64,000 nucleotides of DNA, from NCBI GenBank assembly GCA_013265495.1, contig MU058824.1, positions 4,553,111-4,617,110 of the forward strand. Reading direction: 5' to 3'. The position numbers and the translations under genes are program-made. Below the pieces are notes generated by a model. The model was given only the letters and a program-made list of their open reading frames with translations, was not told the DNA's origin and searched no databases. The DNA comes from Vicugna vicugna (Eukaryota). This document shows, piece by piece, positions 24,151-37,253 of this stretch (position 1 is its first letter; each line of letters starts with the position of its first letter).

Positions 24151-27100
24151 TAGTTAAATAAAAATCCAACAGCAATAACAATACCCAGTTCCAAAATGAA
24201 ATGACCCAATTTGTTAAAGAGGCCCTTAAACCAATAGAGGCAGGGACTCCGAAAACTAGAAGGAACCTCAAGGAAGAACCATCACGATGACTGTTTTAAG
24301 TGCCGTGGAGAGGGGCCGGGAAGAGGGGCCAGATGGAGGTGAGAGGCGCCCAGTGACTAACAGACCTGGGCAGACTGCTTTGCATCGAGGGACATACAAC
24401 TCAAGGGCAGACAAATCAGTGTTGTAAAGACAACTTAGGTGACCTGAGCCAGCTCCCTCAGTCTCTAGGGCGGTTGTCCCGTCTGTACAATGAGGATTGG
24501 TCAGGATGGCCCAGGAGGACTCTCCTGCTCTGCTTCTGTGAGATTTGAGCCAAGACCTGTAACTCTCCTGCAAAGCAACTTCGCTGATCATTTGTTCACT
24601 CACACATTCATTTCTTTTTAAATGTATTCACTGAGAACTGCTTATGCATCTATTTAATGGTTCAACCACCCATTCATTTATTGATTGTATAATCATTCAC
24701 GGGCCAGCACGGGCTGGGGACTGACCTGTGAGGGTGGATCCCTGGCCCTGAGCCACCTTCTCTAACTTTTCCACACCAATTAAGATTTCTGAGTAGACTC
24801 TGTGTAATTGGGTCTTTGGGACATCATCCCTGAAGCAGCCCAAAGTTTCTAAGCGGGGCCCATTTCCCCTTCTCCCTCTAAATTGCCTTGGGGATTGTGC
24901 AGTCCCTTGGCACAGGGAGCTTTGAAAGGTACCTGCTTCATTTGGCCCACCTGCTCCCTGGGGCTGCTGGCTGGCATGGAGCTCGGAGCTGCCCAGGTCA
25001 GGCAGTCCCTGTCTGCCCACAGCAAAAGATACCCTGTTCAGCCTTGAGGCCACCAGAATTTCCTAATTCTACCAAAGCTGACATAATTCAGAGAATTCCA
25101 CTGAATTCTAAGCACTTTGTCTACTCTCACTAAATTCTAAGGTCTCCGCTTAATTCTATCAAGTTGCAAACACCTCACTGAATTCTAGGAAAGCCTAGGC
25201 ACGTCTTCTCAGTTGGGACAGCCAGGTCAGTGTGAAACTGCGTGTCCTGCCCACTGGGGTTCCCTGCATAGAGGAGGCTCAGACCTGCTTCTTTGGCTGT
25301 ATTCTCCTAGCTCCAGCCAGAGAAGCTTCCTGGTCTCTGAAACATCTTCCAGGGAGCAAGGGACATGGATCTGGAAGAGCCTGAATGTAAGTGAAAAAAT
25401 GGGGAAAGGGGGGCAGAGAAAGAGGCCTAGGTTGGGAGACAGGAGCCCCAGGGAACTACAGGAGTCTTGGCCTCCCCCTCCAACTCACTGCATGGTGCTG
25501 GGGAAGCACCTTGCCCTCTCTGAGCCTCAGCACCCCCAGAGATAGCAAGGGGGTGGTCTCGCTGATCTGTAAGACCCCTCCCAGCTCAGCCAGGTGTCAT
25601 CTAGGCTGGGAGCAGCTTGTGTTTGGCAGCCAGATGCTCACTCCCAATTTGTCTCAGCCCCAGGAAGTCTCAGCAAGACAGGAAGAAGTTGGCTGTGGCC
25701 AGACTGGGGCTTCAACTTGGTCTTCAGAGTCTGGGTGAGGAGGGGAGGGGATGGCATCCCAGTGGGCTGCAGCGGGTAGGCAATGGGCAGGAAGTGAGTG
25801 AGAGGGGCGAGCACCAACTTCCAGGCACAAACAGAGCTGTGAGGCACAAACAGCGGAGGACTAGACATGGCTCAGGAGAGGACAAAGGAAGGCTCCCTCG
25901 GGGAGGTGGCATTTGAACTGCTTTTCAGATGGCATTTGGCCAGGAGAGAGGCGAAGGCATGAAGGACACTGTGGGGTCTGTGGACAAAGCTTCCTGGCCC
26001 TGCTTTGGGAACCAGAGTTCCACAGCCTGCAGCCACATCCCTCCTCCGCCCCTCTTCATGCAGGGCCCACTCCAGGCAGGGAAAGAAGCAGAGCAGGAGG
26101 CTCAGATTCTCAGCGCTCAGGCCAGAAGGCAGACTAGGCACTGGGCGGATCTGGTGACCATGTCCCTGGCCCGGTTCATCCCGGGCAGAATTTGCTCCCC
26201 ACCCTCAGATTTGCTTCTTTAGTGGTACCTCCACGGCCCCTGCGTGGTCTCCATGAACTTCCTCCTGGGGGAAGTGGTCGTGCGTGGTCTGCACTACTGG
26301 TTCTGTGTGTGTGTGTAAGAGAGAGCAAGAGTGCCTGCTGCACACACACACACACTCAAGGGAATGACCGTACACGTACACATATGAGCCTGCGTGGGGC
26401 ATGTACACTCACAGGCATATGTGTGCACCCGGTTGTCAGGCAGGGGTCTGTGCACACATGCAGGCGGGTGCCAATGTGGTGACCTATGTGGGTGTATGTA
26501 TATTCCCAGAGGTAGTCGATGACTGCAGGTGTTTGCCAGTGACTTTAAACTATGGTGTGTAGAACCTGACAGAGAGGCTGTGGCCTGACGCAGCCACTGG
26601 AGCTGCAGGAACGCGCCACACCACCTCTGCACCTGCCCAGCCCTGGTAAGGCGCCTGCTGCTCTTGATACTCTGTCCAATGGGGATGTCTCTCAAGGAAA
26701 CCAGCCTCAGAGTTTCCCTGCTGAAACTTGAAGGGAGCTGGCAGCTCACGTTCCCCTGAACCCACAACATCCTCTAGTCACAGTCAAACTGAGGCAAGAC
26801 TTCTATCTGAGTTCCCAGGACTAGGGCAGAGCTCTCCTTGCTGCAGAACAGGCCCCTCAGTCCCTGAGGTAGTGCCCAGAGCTCTGGGCCCTGTGTTTTT
26901 CTGTTTTGTTTTTTGGGGCCTGTGTTTATAGGAGTAAGAGGAAAGAGTCCCCCAGGCCGCCCTGCCTGGACCTCACGGGGTGGTGGAGGCCCAGGGAGAC
27001 CCAGAGAGACTCTGTATCAGGAAGGATTGTGTGGCCCTTCGAATGGCCTGACAGCAAAAAGAACAGAAGAAAAGTCTGTCTAAGGGCGTAATGCGCTTTC

Positions 27101-28064
27101 CATCCCTAGAGGCGTGCAAACTGAAGCAGGAAGAAGCTAGGTGTCGGAGTGAGAGGGGATTTCTGCCCGGGAATGGTTTGGATTCAGTGGCCTGCGAGCA
27201 CATGTGTCCACATTTGTTCCCCTAATGCGTAGCACGATGCCTGGCGTGTGGTAGGAAGGTAATCAGTTCTTGATTTTGAAACAAATAAACGTGAGGGAAC
27301 TAGGGGAAGGCAACTGTGTCCTGTAAGGAGGCACTGACAGGCATTGGTGCTCAGCCCAGACTCCGGCTTGGGCAGTGCTTCCCACGGGGTAAGTGACATC
27401 ATGCTAAGTGCCCAAAACACTAAGGAAAGGCTAAGTCATGCTCCTTAGCTAGTGATAAGGGCATGTGGGGGTCCTGGGGAAAAGACTTCCATCTAGTGTG
27501 ATGAAAGAACCACCAACATTTGGCGTTTAACAGAAGCAAACACCTGCTCTGAGCATGGTGCAGCTGTCATGCTGTTGGGAGGACTGGATTCTACACTCAC
27601 TGAGCCAGGGACCCACTGTCTGGCCTCAGTTTCCTACCTTCACAATGGGAGATCCAGCGAGTTGACCTCTCAGGATGTTTTCCACACTGATGCCTAGGAG
27701 TTCATGAAGCCAAAGCAGCCCTGGCTCAGGTTCAGAGAAAATGGGAGGTTTGGAGCAGAGCCAAAAGGTCCATCCAATTTTAGCCCAAAAAACACATGAC
27801 GAAGGCAGATTCTGAAGGTGCGTCCGCACGCAGTAGCTGATGAAGCAGGCCCTGTGGGAGGACAGGTGGAAGAGCCTCCTGATAGGCTCAGAGGCCAGGA
27901 GCCCCTCCAATGCGTGCTCCGTGCGTGGAGACCGAAGCTGACCTGCAGAGACAAGATTTCTACAGGCTGAGGGATAACGGAGAGGGCATTCCCAACAGTG
28001 GGAATGGCGTAAACCAGTTCAGAGGATTCCTTAAAGCTGAGGGGCCCTCAGAGACCATCTAGCC

Positions 28065-28470
28065 CAGTGATTCTCAAAGAGTGGTGTCTTGACCAACAGC
28101 ACAAGCATCACTCAGACCTACTGAATTAGAGACTCTGGGGGTGGAGCCCAATAATCTGTTTCAACTAACTTTCCCGTTGATTCTGGTGCATGTTAAGATT
28201 TGAGGACCTCTGATCCAGCCCACTGTTTCCCAAACTATGTTGGTGGAATACTTCTCTGCAGGAGGCTGATGGGTGCTCTGTAGTCAAAGAAGTTTGGGAA
28301 TTACATGCTCTATACTGGTTTTGGAAAGTCACAAGTCACACTGGTATATTAAAGGCTCTGAGAAGTCCTGCAGTAAAGAGCTTTATTTAATTTTGATTAA
28401 CCCAGTGTTATCTCAAACTGATTTTTCAGATTGCCTACTAACATTTCCATTAATCCTCTCTTAGAGAAAT
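28065..28470. mobile_element. hAT-Charlie elements (MER5A-like followed by a second MER)
   Basis: cagtgattctcaaag...ctgaattagagactctggggg...tttgaggacctctg, then cactgtttcccaaact...ggctctgagaagtcctgcagtaaag. Confidence 0.65.
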
Positions 28471-28669
28471 TCTGATCCAAATCAATCCTTTTTCATAGGG
28501 ATGAATCATGGCCTAGAAGTATGGGGATTGCCCAAAGTCCCAGAGAGAGAGTGTGTGTCAGAGCTGGAAAAGACCCCAGCGATATGCCTCATCCCAAAAA
28601 AGACTCCGTGGGCTCCCCGCCACCCTGTACCTTCTTTCCCTGCATCCCCACCATGTGTTCCTCCAGAGT

Positions 28670-29605
28670 ATGGAGCCAATCAATAGGACAGAGGTCTCTG
28701 AGTTCTTTCTCAAAGGATTTTCGGGCTACATGGCCCTGGAGCACCTGCTCTTCCCCCTGTGCTCAGTCATGTACCTGGTGACCCTGCTGGGGAACACAGC
28801 TATTGTGGCGGTGAGCATGCTGGATGTCCACCTGCACACACCCATGTACTTCTTCCTGGGCAACCTCTCCATCCTGGACATCTGCTACACGTCCACCTTT
28901 GTGCCTCTGATGCTGGTCCACCTCCTGTCGGCCCAGAAGACCATCTCCTTTATTGGTTGTGCCATCCAGATGTGTCTGAGCCTGTCCACGGGCTCCACAG
29001 AGTGTCTGCTGCTCGCCATCATGGCCTACGATCGCTACCTGGCCATCTGCCGGCCGCTCAGGTACCCTATGCTCATGAGCCACCGGCTCTGCTTGTTGCT
29101 GGCGGGAGCCGCCTGGGTGCTCTGTCTCTTCAAGTCAGTGACTGAGACAATCATCACCATGAGGCTGCCCTTCTGCAGCCACGTGGTCAGTCACTTCACC
29201 TGCGAGATCCTGGCAGTGCTGAAGCTGGCATGTGGTGACACGTCAGTCAGCGAGGTCCTCCTGCTGGTGGGTGCCATCCTGCTGCTGCCTGTGCCCCTGG
29301 CCTTCATCTGCCTGTCCTACACGCTTATTCTGGCCACCATCCTGAGGGTGCCCTCAGCTGCTGGCCGCCGCAAAGCCTTCTCCACCTGCTCGGCACACCT
29401 GGCGGTAGTGCTGCTTTTCTATGGCACCATCATCTTCATGTACATGAAACCCAAGAGCAAGGAGGCCAGCATCTCGGATGAGGTCTTCACAGTCCTCTAC
29501 GCTGTGGTCACGCCAATGCTGAACCCTGTCATCTACAGCCTGAGGAACAAGGAGGTGAAGGAGGCCGCCAGGAAGGTGTGGGGCAGGAGACGGACCTCCA
29601 AGTGA
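28670..29605 (+). CDS. OR13J1: Olfactory receptor family 13 subfamily J member 1, intact, 311 aa
   Basis: MEPINRTEVSEFFLKGFSGY start, with LHTPMYFFL, MAYDRYLAIC, KAFSTC and PMLNPVIYSLRNKEV motifs; matches recalled human OR13J1. Acceptor ttcctccag (28666) just before the ATG. Confidence 0.93.
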   Translation: MEPINRTEVSEFFLKGFSGYMALEHLLFPLCSVMYLVTLLGNTAIVAVSMLDVHLHTPMYFFLGNLSILDICYTSTFVPLMLVHLLSAQKTISFIGCAIQMCLSLSTGSTECLLLAIMAYDRYLAICRPLRYPMLMSHRLCLLLAGAAWVLCLFKSVTETIITMRLPFCSHVVSHFTCEILAVLKLACGDTSVSEVLLLVGAILLLPVPLAFICLSYTLILATILRVPSAAGRRKAFSTCSAHLAVVLLFYGTIIFMYMKPKSKEASISDEVFTVLYAVVTPMLNPVIYSLRNKEVKEAARKVWGRRRTSK

Positions 29606-29849
29606 GGGAGGCGGGGGCTCTGCAGCTTAGCAGGCAAGGCCTTCATTCACCTACAGTGAGGATAGGCTGGGGTGCAGGGCTGTGAGTCTGGAATCTTCAT
29701 CTCAGCAAAGCAGCCCTGAGTCCCACTGATCCTGCCCCCTGGTGTGGCCCTAGGCCAGCTCTCAGCATCACTCCCTGCATCTTCACACCAGCCTCCTGGC
29801 TGGCCTCGAGAGTTCAGTCTTGTTCCTCCCAATCTATCCTCTAAGGGGC

Positions 29850-30345
29850 ATTCAGAGGGATCTCTTTGAAAAGCACATGTGTTCATGTCATTCTGCTGAC
29901 TGAAACCCCCGAGGGTCCCCCCAGCACTCTCAGGACAAAGTGTAAGCTTTCCCAGGGGACATTCAAGGCCATCACCGGCTGGCCCTGCTGGCCCTGACTA
30001 ACCTCCCTTCCCACCCTCTGCCCACAGCCCCCCTCCTGTCAGCCACGCACACAGCCACACGTGAGCCTTGGTATTGCCCAGCCCTGCTCAGCTCAGTGCC
30101 TTCTTGGTTCTTCCCACAAGGCAGCCCCAACCCAGCACCGAGCTCTGCACGTGAAAGGACTGCCTGACCCTTGAGCCCCATCTTGAATGCCACCTCCACC
30201 AGGAAGCTTCCCCACTCTGTGCCTCTTGCCGTGCTCCTCCTGCTTTGTTTTCAGTGTCACTACAGGAACTAGGAGTGTTAGATTCCACTCTGTCCCAAGG
30301 TTCAGCCCTGCCCACCCAGGTGTCTTAGATAAATAAATGAGCACG
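29850..30345 (+). mobile_element. Old L2 fragment containing AATAAA (30332-30337), a possible OR13J1 polyA signal
   Basis: L2-like pyrimidine-rich motifs ending ataaataaatga about 730 nt after the OR13J1 stop. Confidence 0.5.
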
Positions 30346-31341
30346 TTGATGTAGGGGTGACAGTGGCAGAGCCTGGGTCCTTCTCAAATCTGAGCAGAGC
30401 CAAGATGGGGTTCACAGGTGACAGGCATGGTCTCATGCCCCTGGAAAGGAACAGCAGAGGCAGTGATAAGCCCCAGCATCCAAGATTCCCAGACCCATCC
30501 AGCCACCTGGACACCAATCTCCCCGAGCAGCCCAGGCACTGGATTCTTCTGTTTCCTTTCAGCAGAAGCAGCTTCTGGCACCCCCTTGCCCATCATCCAG
30601 ACCTCCCCTGGCTTTGGGGAGATGGCTCTACCCCTCCTCACCCCACCGCCTAGGACCCTGCTACAGCTGCCCCTTCCTGGTGCTCAGCCTCTTCCCAGCT
30701 TTCCTCCCTGAGAGCTCAGTGAACACATGGTGGACGTGGACTTGGATTCACAGAGCATCTCCACTCCCTGCTCCCCTTTAGCCTCAGTGGCACCGTCTGT
30801 ATGATGGGAGACCTGGCTTGACCTCCCAGCGGTAGGCTGGCTCTCCTGCCCCCTGGCTGTAGGTAAGCACAGCCCTGGCTTGAGCCACCTGTTCCCCTCT
30901 AGTCCCTCCTTGGTCAGAACAGAGGCACAGAGGAGGGAAGCTCAGCCCCACAGCTCCCAGCCTGACCAAGCCAGGGTGGCTGCTGCTATGACGTTCTGCT
31001 GGGCCTCTGATGCCACAGCAGGATTTGGACTTTATCCTGTGAGCACTAGGGCTTTACAATCACACTTACTTCAAGGTCATTGATTAGGTGCCATTCTTCA
31101 CCAATGAAGTTGGCGAAGAATTTTCTCTAATGTCTATTGTTAACTAAGGTGCAGTGAAGTAGGTACTGTCACACACTGCTGGCGGGGATGGGGATAAATA
31201 TATATGAACTTCCTGCAAAGTAAGCTGTAGGTCTGAATCAAGAGACTTCAAAACTTCAGACCCTTTGACCCAACACCTCCACTTCTAGGAATTAGTCTAA
31301 GAACATTATTAGAGCTGCAGTCAAAAATTTATGTATAAGAC

Positions 31342-31342
<1 letters not shown>

Positions 31343-31373
<31 letters not shown>

Positions 31374-31387
31374 TATATATATATATA
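31343..31387. repeat. Compound (TA)n(CA)n(TA)n microsatellite
   Basis: Directly visible. Confidence 0.9.
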
Positions 31388-34300
31388 CGGATAGTAATCA
31401 TGGCATTATTTATGGTGACAAAAAAAATTTCAGAATCATAACATCCAACCATAGAAGAATGCTTAAATAAATCCTGATGGAACCCCATGATAGAATGTGA
31501 TACAACCATTAGAAATCTTATTTTTTGAAAAATACTTGATGATGAGAAATGTTCACACTGTAATTAATAGAAAAAAGCAGAATATATAACTTTATACTCA
31601 GTATAATCCCAGTTTTTAAGGTACTTTTCTTATAGATATACAAGTAAGTATGCATGCAGAAACTTTTGGAAAACGATGACAAATTATTAACTAACAGTTG
31701 TTTCCTCTGGGTGATGGGGTTACAGATAAATGTTTTCTTAATTATTCTTTCCAAAATTGTCCAATATTTCTAAAATGAACATGAATTTGAACTTAAAAAA
31801 TACTGTTACCGTTCTGAGAAATGGAAGATGTAGAGCACAGATGAGTGGGGCCCCAGCCTGAGGGCAGGATGTGAGGAAGCTGGTGCCTTAACCAGATGGG
31901 CAGTCAAGGGGAGAGGGTGGAGCTGAGAAATGCTGGGGATAGTGGAAGTGGCTGAGGGACAGAGGGGACTACAGGTTGCTGCCCAGGCTTCTGGCTAAAT
32001 GGGTAGACAGTGCTCCACCCTCTGACAGGAGATGGGGATGATGACAGAAGCAGGCTGGAGGGGGTGAGAGGTGTGGTGATACTGTTTAGACACACTGATG
32101 TGTTTAAACAGAGGTGGCAAGAGGGAGCCATTCCTGAGCAGCTGGAACATAAGTGGTGACAACAGTCCAAAGTTTTACTTTGATCTGTGTGCTTGATCAA
32201 AAATTCCAAAAGACAAATCATAGTATAATGGGAAAATCTGCAACTGCTGCTGCTTTGTTTAAGGCTGTTCTTCAGTCCCTAAACTGTGTCAAGTTGTCCT
32301 TCTTTTATTGTGAAGGAAAGAGAAGGACATGGGAAGGGAAATGGAAAAGGAAACCTGCAGAAACACACGCACCTGGCTCAACCCCTGTCTTAATGGTCCC
32401 TCACAAGTGCGCTGGGTCCCCCCCGTACAACAATCTGCTTTCCTTTACCTTCCACGAGTGCAGGTCCCAACAGCACCCCTGGGAGGAGACACCCATCTCA
32501 CAGCCCAGGGCGCCCAGGCCTAAGGCAGGGGGTCACAACCCCTGAGCCTCAGGTCCCAGAGGCAGGACTGCAATGAGACCCAGTCTTCAGATTCTCGGTC
32601 CAATGTCTCTCCTGTGCCTGGCACACCCAACCAAGGCCCTCTTGGGGCAGCACAAGGAACCGGGGGTCTCTGAAGGCCCACAGCTGCCAAACCTGCAAAC
32701 TTGTGCAGCTACAGAGTTTGAACTTTAAATTGGGTAAGGACTGTAAGGTCCCTGAGATCAGGGAGCAGGCGAGACATCTATGTGGCAGGGGACTGGGAGG
32801 CTGGTCCTCAGGGCCTTGGGCCTGGCCCATCCCAGCACAGTGAGTCTGCTGATAATGAACTCAGCACTGCCTCGCTCCACTCTCCCAGAGCCTTGAGCCT
32901 CTGGTAAATACTTACCACGTGCCCAGCTTCGTGCTAAGAGCTTTCTCTGAATCCTCCAAAGAAGCCCTTGAGGAAATACTACTCTTACCTCCACATTACA
33001 GGTCAGGAAGCTGAGGCTGAGAAAACCGTTAGCAAATGGCTGGCCTGAGACTTGGGCCCTGGTTGGTCCGACTCCAGAGCCCACACTCACCTGCTCTGCT
33101 AACACAGCAGGGGTGTGTGAAGCAGGAACCCCAGGTCCAGGCATTCTAGGGAAATTTTAACAGGAGCCTTCTTCTTTTTGTCCCCTTACTTTTCTTTTAA
33201 AACAATTTGTGACATCTAAAATAAGTATTCAGTGGTTCAAACTAGATTTACCAGCCAATGAAACTGATAAGATATTTCCCTTGCAAAGTGGCCCTGGGTC
33301 TATCTGACCTCAGGATTGGAAGTTGCTGGAAAGATGTGAGGGAATGTTTTAGTGGTTGTGCAGAATACGAGAGACCACCTAATTGAATGGCTCCATTTCA
33401 CACAAGGAGAAACCTGACCATACAGCAGAATCGGAACAAAGGCAAGAATCCAACCTAGACCCTTCACTCCCGGTCCAGGGCTCCTTCCATCCCATCCCCT
33501 GCCTCTCAGGAGGTATAAAACAGGGGAGGGGATTAGACAGTGATTCTCAGAGACACTCAATTTCCTATCACTCTGTGAACTAGATTTTCCAGGGCACGAC
33601 AAAGGGTGAGACGCAGGCAGATAGATGCTAGAGTGGTTTTCTGAGTGTACTGTGAAATGCCATCATACCCAACTGCGCAGCAGTATTTCTGGTCCTCCTC
33701 TTTCTGGGCATGTGGTAGGGCTACACAGGCCAGTGGGTTGTGGGCAGATGGGTCAAATGTCACTTCTGGGTTGGAGCAATTAACTGCTGTTGGAGATGCT
33801 CTAGTGTGTTCTTCTCCAGCCATAACAGCTTGTGATGTCCCAGATGGTGAAGCCAGGCTCTCTGAGTCCCTGAAAACGTACAATGGTCAGGTAGCATGAG
33901 AAACAAACCTTTCTCATGGTCACTAAAATTATGAGGTTGTATGTTACTGCAGCAAAACCTAGCTCATCTTAACTGATGGACCAAGGGAACAGCAGCTGCT
34001 CTCTGATGACCCCTGATGTCCCAACACAGGGGTTCATGTTGCAGTCAAAGCTGTCAGTAGCCTGGCCACATGGTATTTTCCAAACACAGCCTCATTTCTT
34101 TGCGGCCATAAGCCTACGGCCTTGTGAGCTATTCCTAATTTCTGTGAATGTGTTATGATCAGACTCTTACATTGTGAGGAAACCCACCACTCTCCTGATT
34201 TAGTTCTTCAGAGAAAGCAGCCACTCCTGCAGGTAGGAGCCTAGCACCCCCAAAGCTCTTCTTCCGGCAATCCTGTGGCTGTGTCACTCTGCTGTTGTGT

Positions 34301-37253
34301 GTGCATAGGGGGAGAGGAGGGAAGGTGATCCCAAGGTAAGATATTTGGGATGAGAATTTTGGACAGGAATATGACACTGGATCTCCAATAGTGCCTTCTG
34401 GGTGCAGGGACTGGAGGGTGTTAGGGATGAACTGGACACAGCTCTTTGATTTCCGTAGCTCAGGGTCTACTGTGAAAGAGAGAATGGCACACACAACAAA
34501 CCGTGCAAACGGCTGGGTGAGCGTCATGTCAGGATGGTCAGTTCTGTGGAGGCATCTGAGAAGGCCCCGCAGAAGTTCCTGTGAGCTGAGCCTCAGGGGG
34601 TGAGTGGAAGAGAAAGGCCGCCCCAGTCTGAGGAAAGAGCACGAGAAGAGGGATGAGTCAGGAGCGTGTGGGGTTCGTCCATCAACGAGGCTGGAGCAGG
34701 CGTGTGTGAAGGGATGTACGAGGTGGTGAGGCAGGAGGGCAGGCCAGATCACCAAAGCCCTCAGATGCCTCTGCCATTTCCACCTGGTCTTCTTTTGAAG
34801 ACAAAGGTAGGAAAGGGAAAAGCAGTCAGGGGGTTTCCCATCTTCTACCTGCCTGAAAACACCCCCACACCGGAGCCCAGCGTCAGAATTTAAGGTTAAT
34901 GGGTCTTTTTGTAGCAACATACCCGACAAAGACCAAGCCCTTATCACTGATTCTGAAATGAAACTGGTGGCTTGTTGAAGCCACATGAAGTTATAATGCT
35001 GAAAAGATGCTTCCTTTCAACTTCTTTTCGGACCCGGGTTTTACTTTGTCTTTACACCCCAGATTCAAAGAGAACTTCAGAGGTTTCTAAAGCCCAGAGA
35101 GAGAAAGGGATGTATCCAAGGTCACCAAGAGAATGAGGGAGGGAGTGTAAACTCTTAGGGCAGAAGCTGCCCCTGCCTCTGCTCTCTTCCCAGCACATAG
35201 CACATAGCAGGTTTTCAGTAACAATTGGCTGAATGAGCCATCACACTCAGGCAATTCTTTACTTTTTTTTGTCAGACCTCAGCAAGAGAATCCCTACCTT
35301 TAAATGTTTACATGGGTAAGATTTGTGGCCAACTGCTGACCCAGATTAATCAACTATCCCTGTATGTTCCAGAAACTCCCTTAACAATCACCCTGAATCA
35401 GGCTGGAGGAGGGAAAACCAGCACAGACTCTGGGGGGAGGGGGTCATGACAGATGCTGGAGCTCCTGCCCGGGAGGTCTGGTGAGCACAAATCCAGCAGG
35501 TGCCTTGTGGCTGAAGACACAGTCTTCCATCTGGAGCCCCCACGCTGGGCGGCCCACCAGCACTTGTCTGTGTATGTTTCATCGGAGCTGCACAGCATCC
35601 CCATTTTTCAGAAGGAAACTGAGTCTCAGAGGCCAAGTGACTTGGTCAATATCACACAGCTAGTCAGTGCTGAAGCTGGGATGCAATACCGGGTGTTTGA
35701 GTTGCGTGCTGAATGCCTGTTGAGTGACTACCCTTGGCAGCCCTCACTGCATGAGGTGCAGGAAGGAAGGAGACAGAGTCCTGCTCTCAAGAGTGGTAGA
35801 GGAGACAGGTGCACAGCACAGGAACACGGAGGATGGCTAAGGGCTGTGTAAGTACAAGAAGGGAGCAGGTGACTCTGCAGGGGCAGGAGGGACAGGAGAG
35901 GAGAGATGGAGCTGCTCTCTGAAGGATGAGCAGGAACACCCCCACTGGGGAAGAGAGGGAGGACGTGCCTACAAAAGGGAACTTCTTGGGCAAAGATGTA
36001 GTGCTGAGGAAGCACACGGTTTATTCAGGAGAGGGTGAGCCCATCAGCCCCTACAAATGGTAGGTGTAATTTCAAGCAGAAGGAATAAGGAGAAAAAAAA
36101 AATCCAGCCCTGAAGGAGGGACAGGGCTCCAAAGCGGTCACAGGACATTGGCCTCACAGTCAATCTCTGGGTGAAGGAATGGGGTAATTATATATTCTGA
36201 AAGATCAGAGTTCACACTCAGCTCCTATTTCCCCTTAGACCAGGGGTCACCTGGGCCACAGCTTTCCCATCTAACACATGACACGTGGCTCCCTCCTGAC
36301 ACTGGCATTTCCCAAGGAGGCCGACACCAGCTCAGAAGAGCAATGAAAGCTACCTGGGTGAACCTGCAGCCTCTTCCCGCCCTCCTTTTATAAAACTAAT
36401 CAGTGCCTGACAACGTCTCTGCCAGATTAGAAGCTGGCTTTCCCTCCTCGTGTGACATTGCCAATACTGTTCATACTAAAAAGCAATATGGAAGCCAAGA
36501 AGTGAGTGACTTGGCTTTCATAACCAGGGTTAAATGCTGTGGGACATGGGATATGTATGTTTTGTACGTTCTTTCAAAAATCAATGGATGGTCCGTGATT
36601 CCTTAAGGAGAGATGACGAGAAATCAGGCTTACACATCCTACGGAGTGGAAAGGTTTGAACTTTATGATCAAAGGAGCATTAGCTGAGCATTACTCATCA
36701 CCCCCCTGCCTTCCAGAGCTCATCTCACCTAATTCAAGGAAGAAGAGCAGCACTGTGACAGGTGTGGCATCTTTTTGTCCCCTTTTCTTATTGCTCTAGT
36801 CCCAGCACATAAACAACACCTAGCACAGAGTAAGCATTCAACAAATATTCAGTGAATGAATAAATCTGAAATGCTCTGGGCATTATTCAACCATATGAAG
36901 TCATAACCTGGAAAAGATGCTTCCTCTTTAACAGTAAAGAATGCTTTGCATTCCAAAGGAGCATGTGAAACATGAATCCTATTCTACTGTCTCCCCTGAG
37001 CCCACCCTGGGGGTGAAGAGAGATGAGCCAAGGGGATTAGAATGGGCCCCATCTCCCATAAGTTTCTTCAGAACCACAGAGCTGAGAGGGCCAGCTTGCA
37101 GATCTGAAGTCAGCTCCATTACACAGATGGTGAGACCACATTCCAGTAGGGCTGACCTGCCCCAGGTCACACATCCAGGGTGCTTGGCTCCCAGGCCAGC
37201 CAGTGCTTTTTCCAACACCTTTGTGGTGCAGGTGGGAAAGGAGGGAGAATGAG

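Noticed and set aside
25050..25190. Spaced short repeats superficially like a CRISPR array
   Set aside because: Mammalian DNA, degenerate units of about 12-14 bp, irregular spacing and no cas genes.
28553..28669. 39-aa N-terminal extension of OR13J1
   Set aside because: GTG start inside the intron's polypyrimidine tract; the OR begins at MEPINRT.
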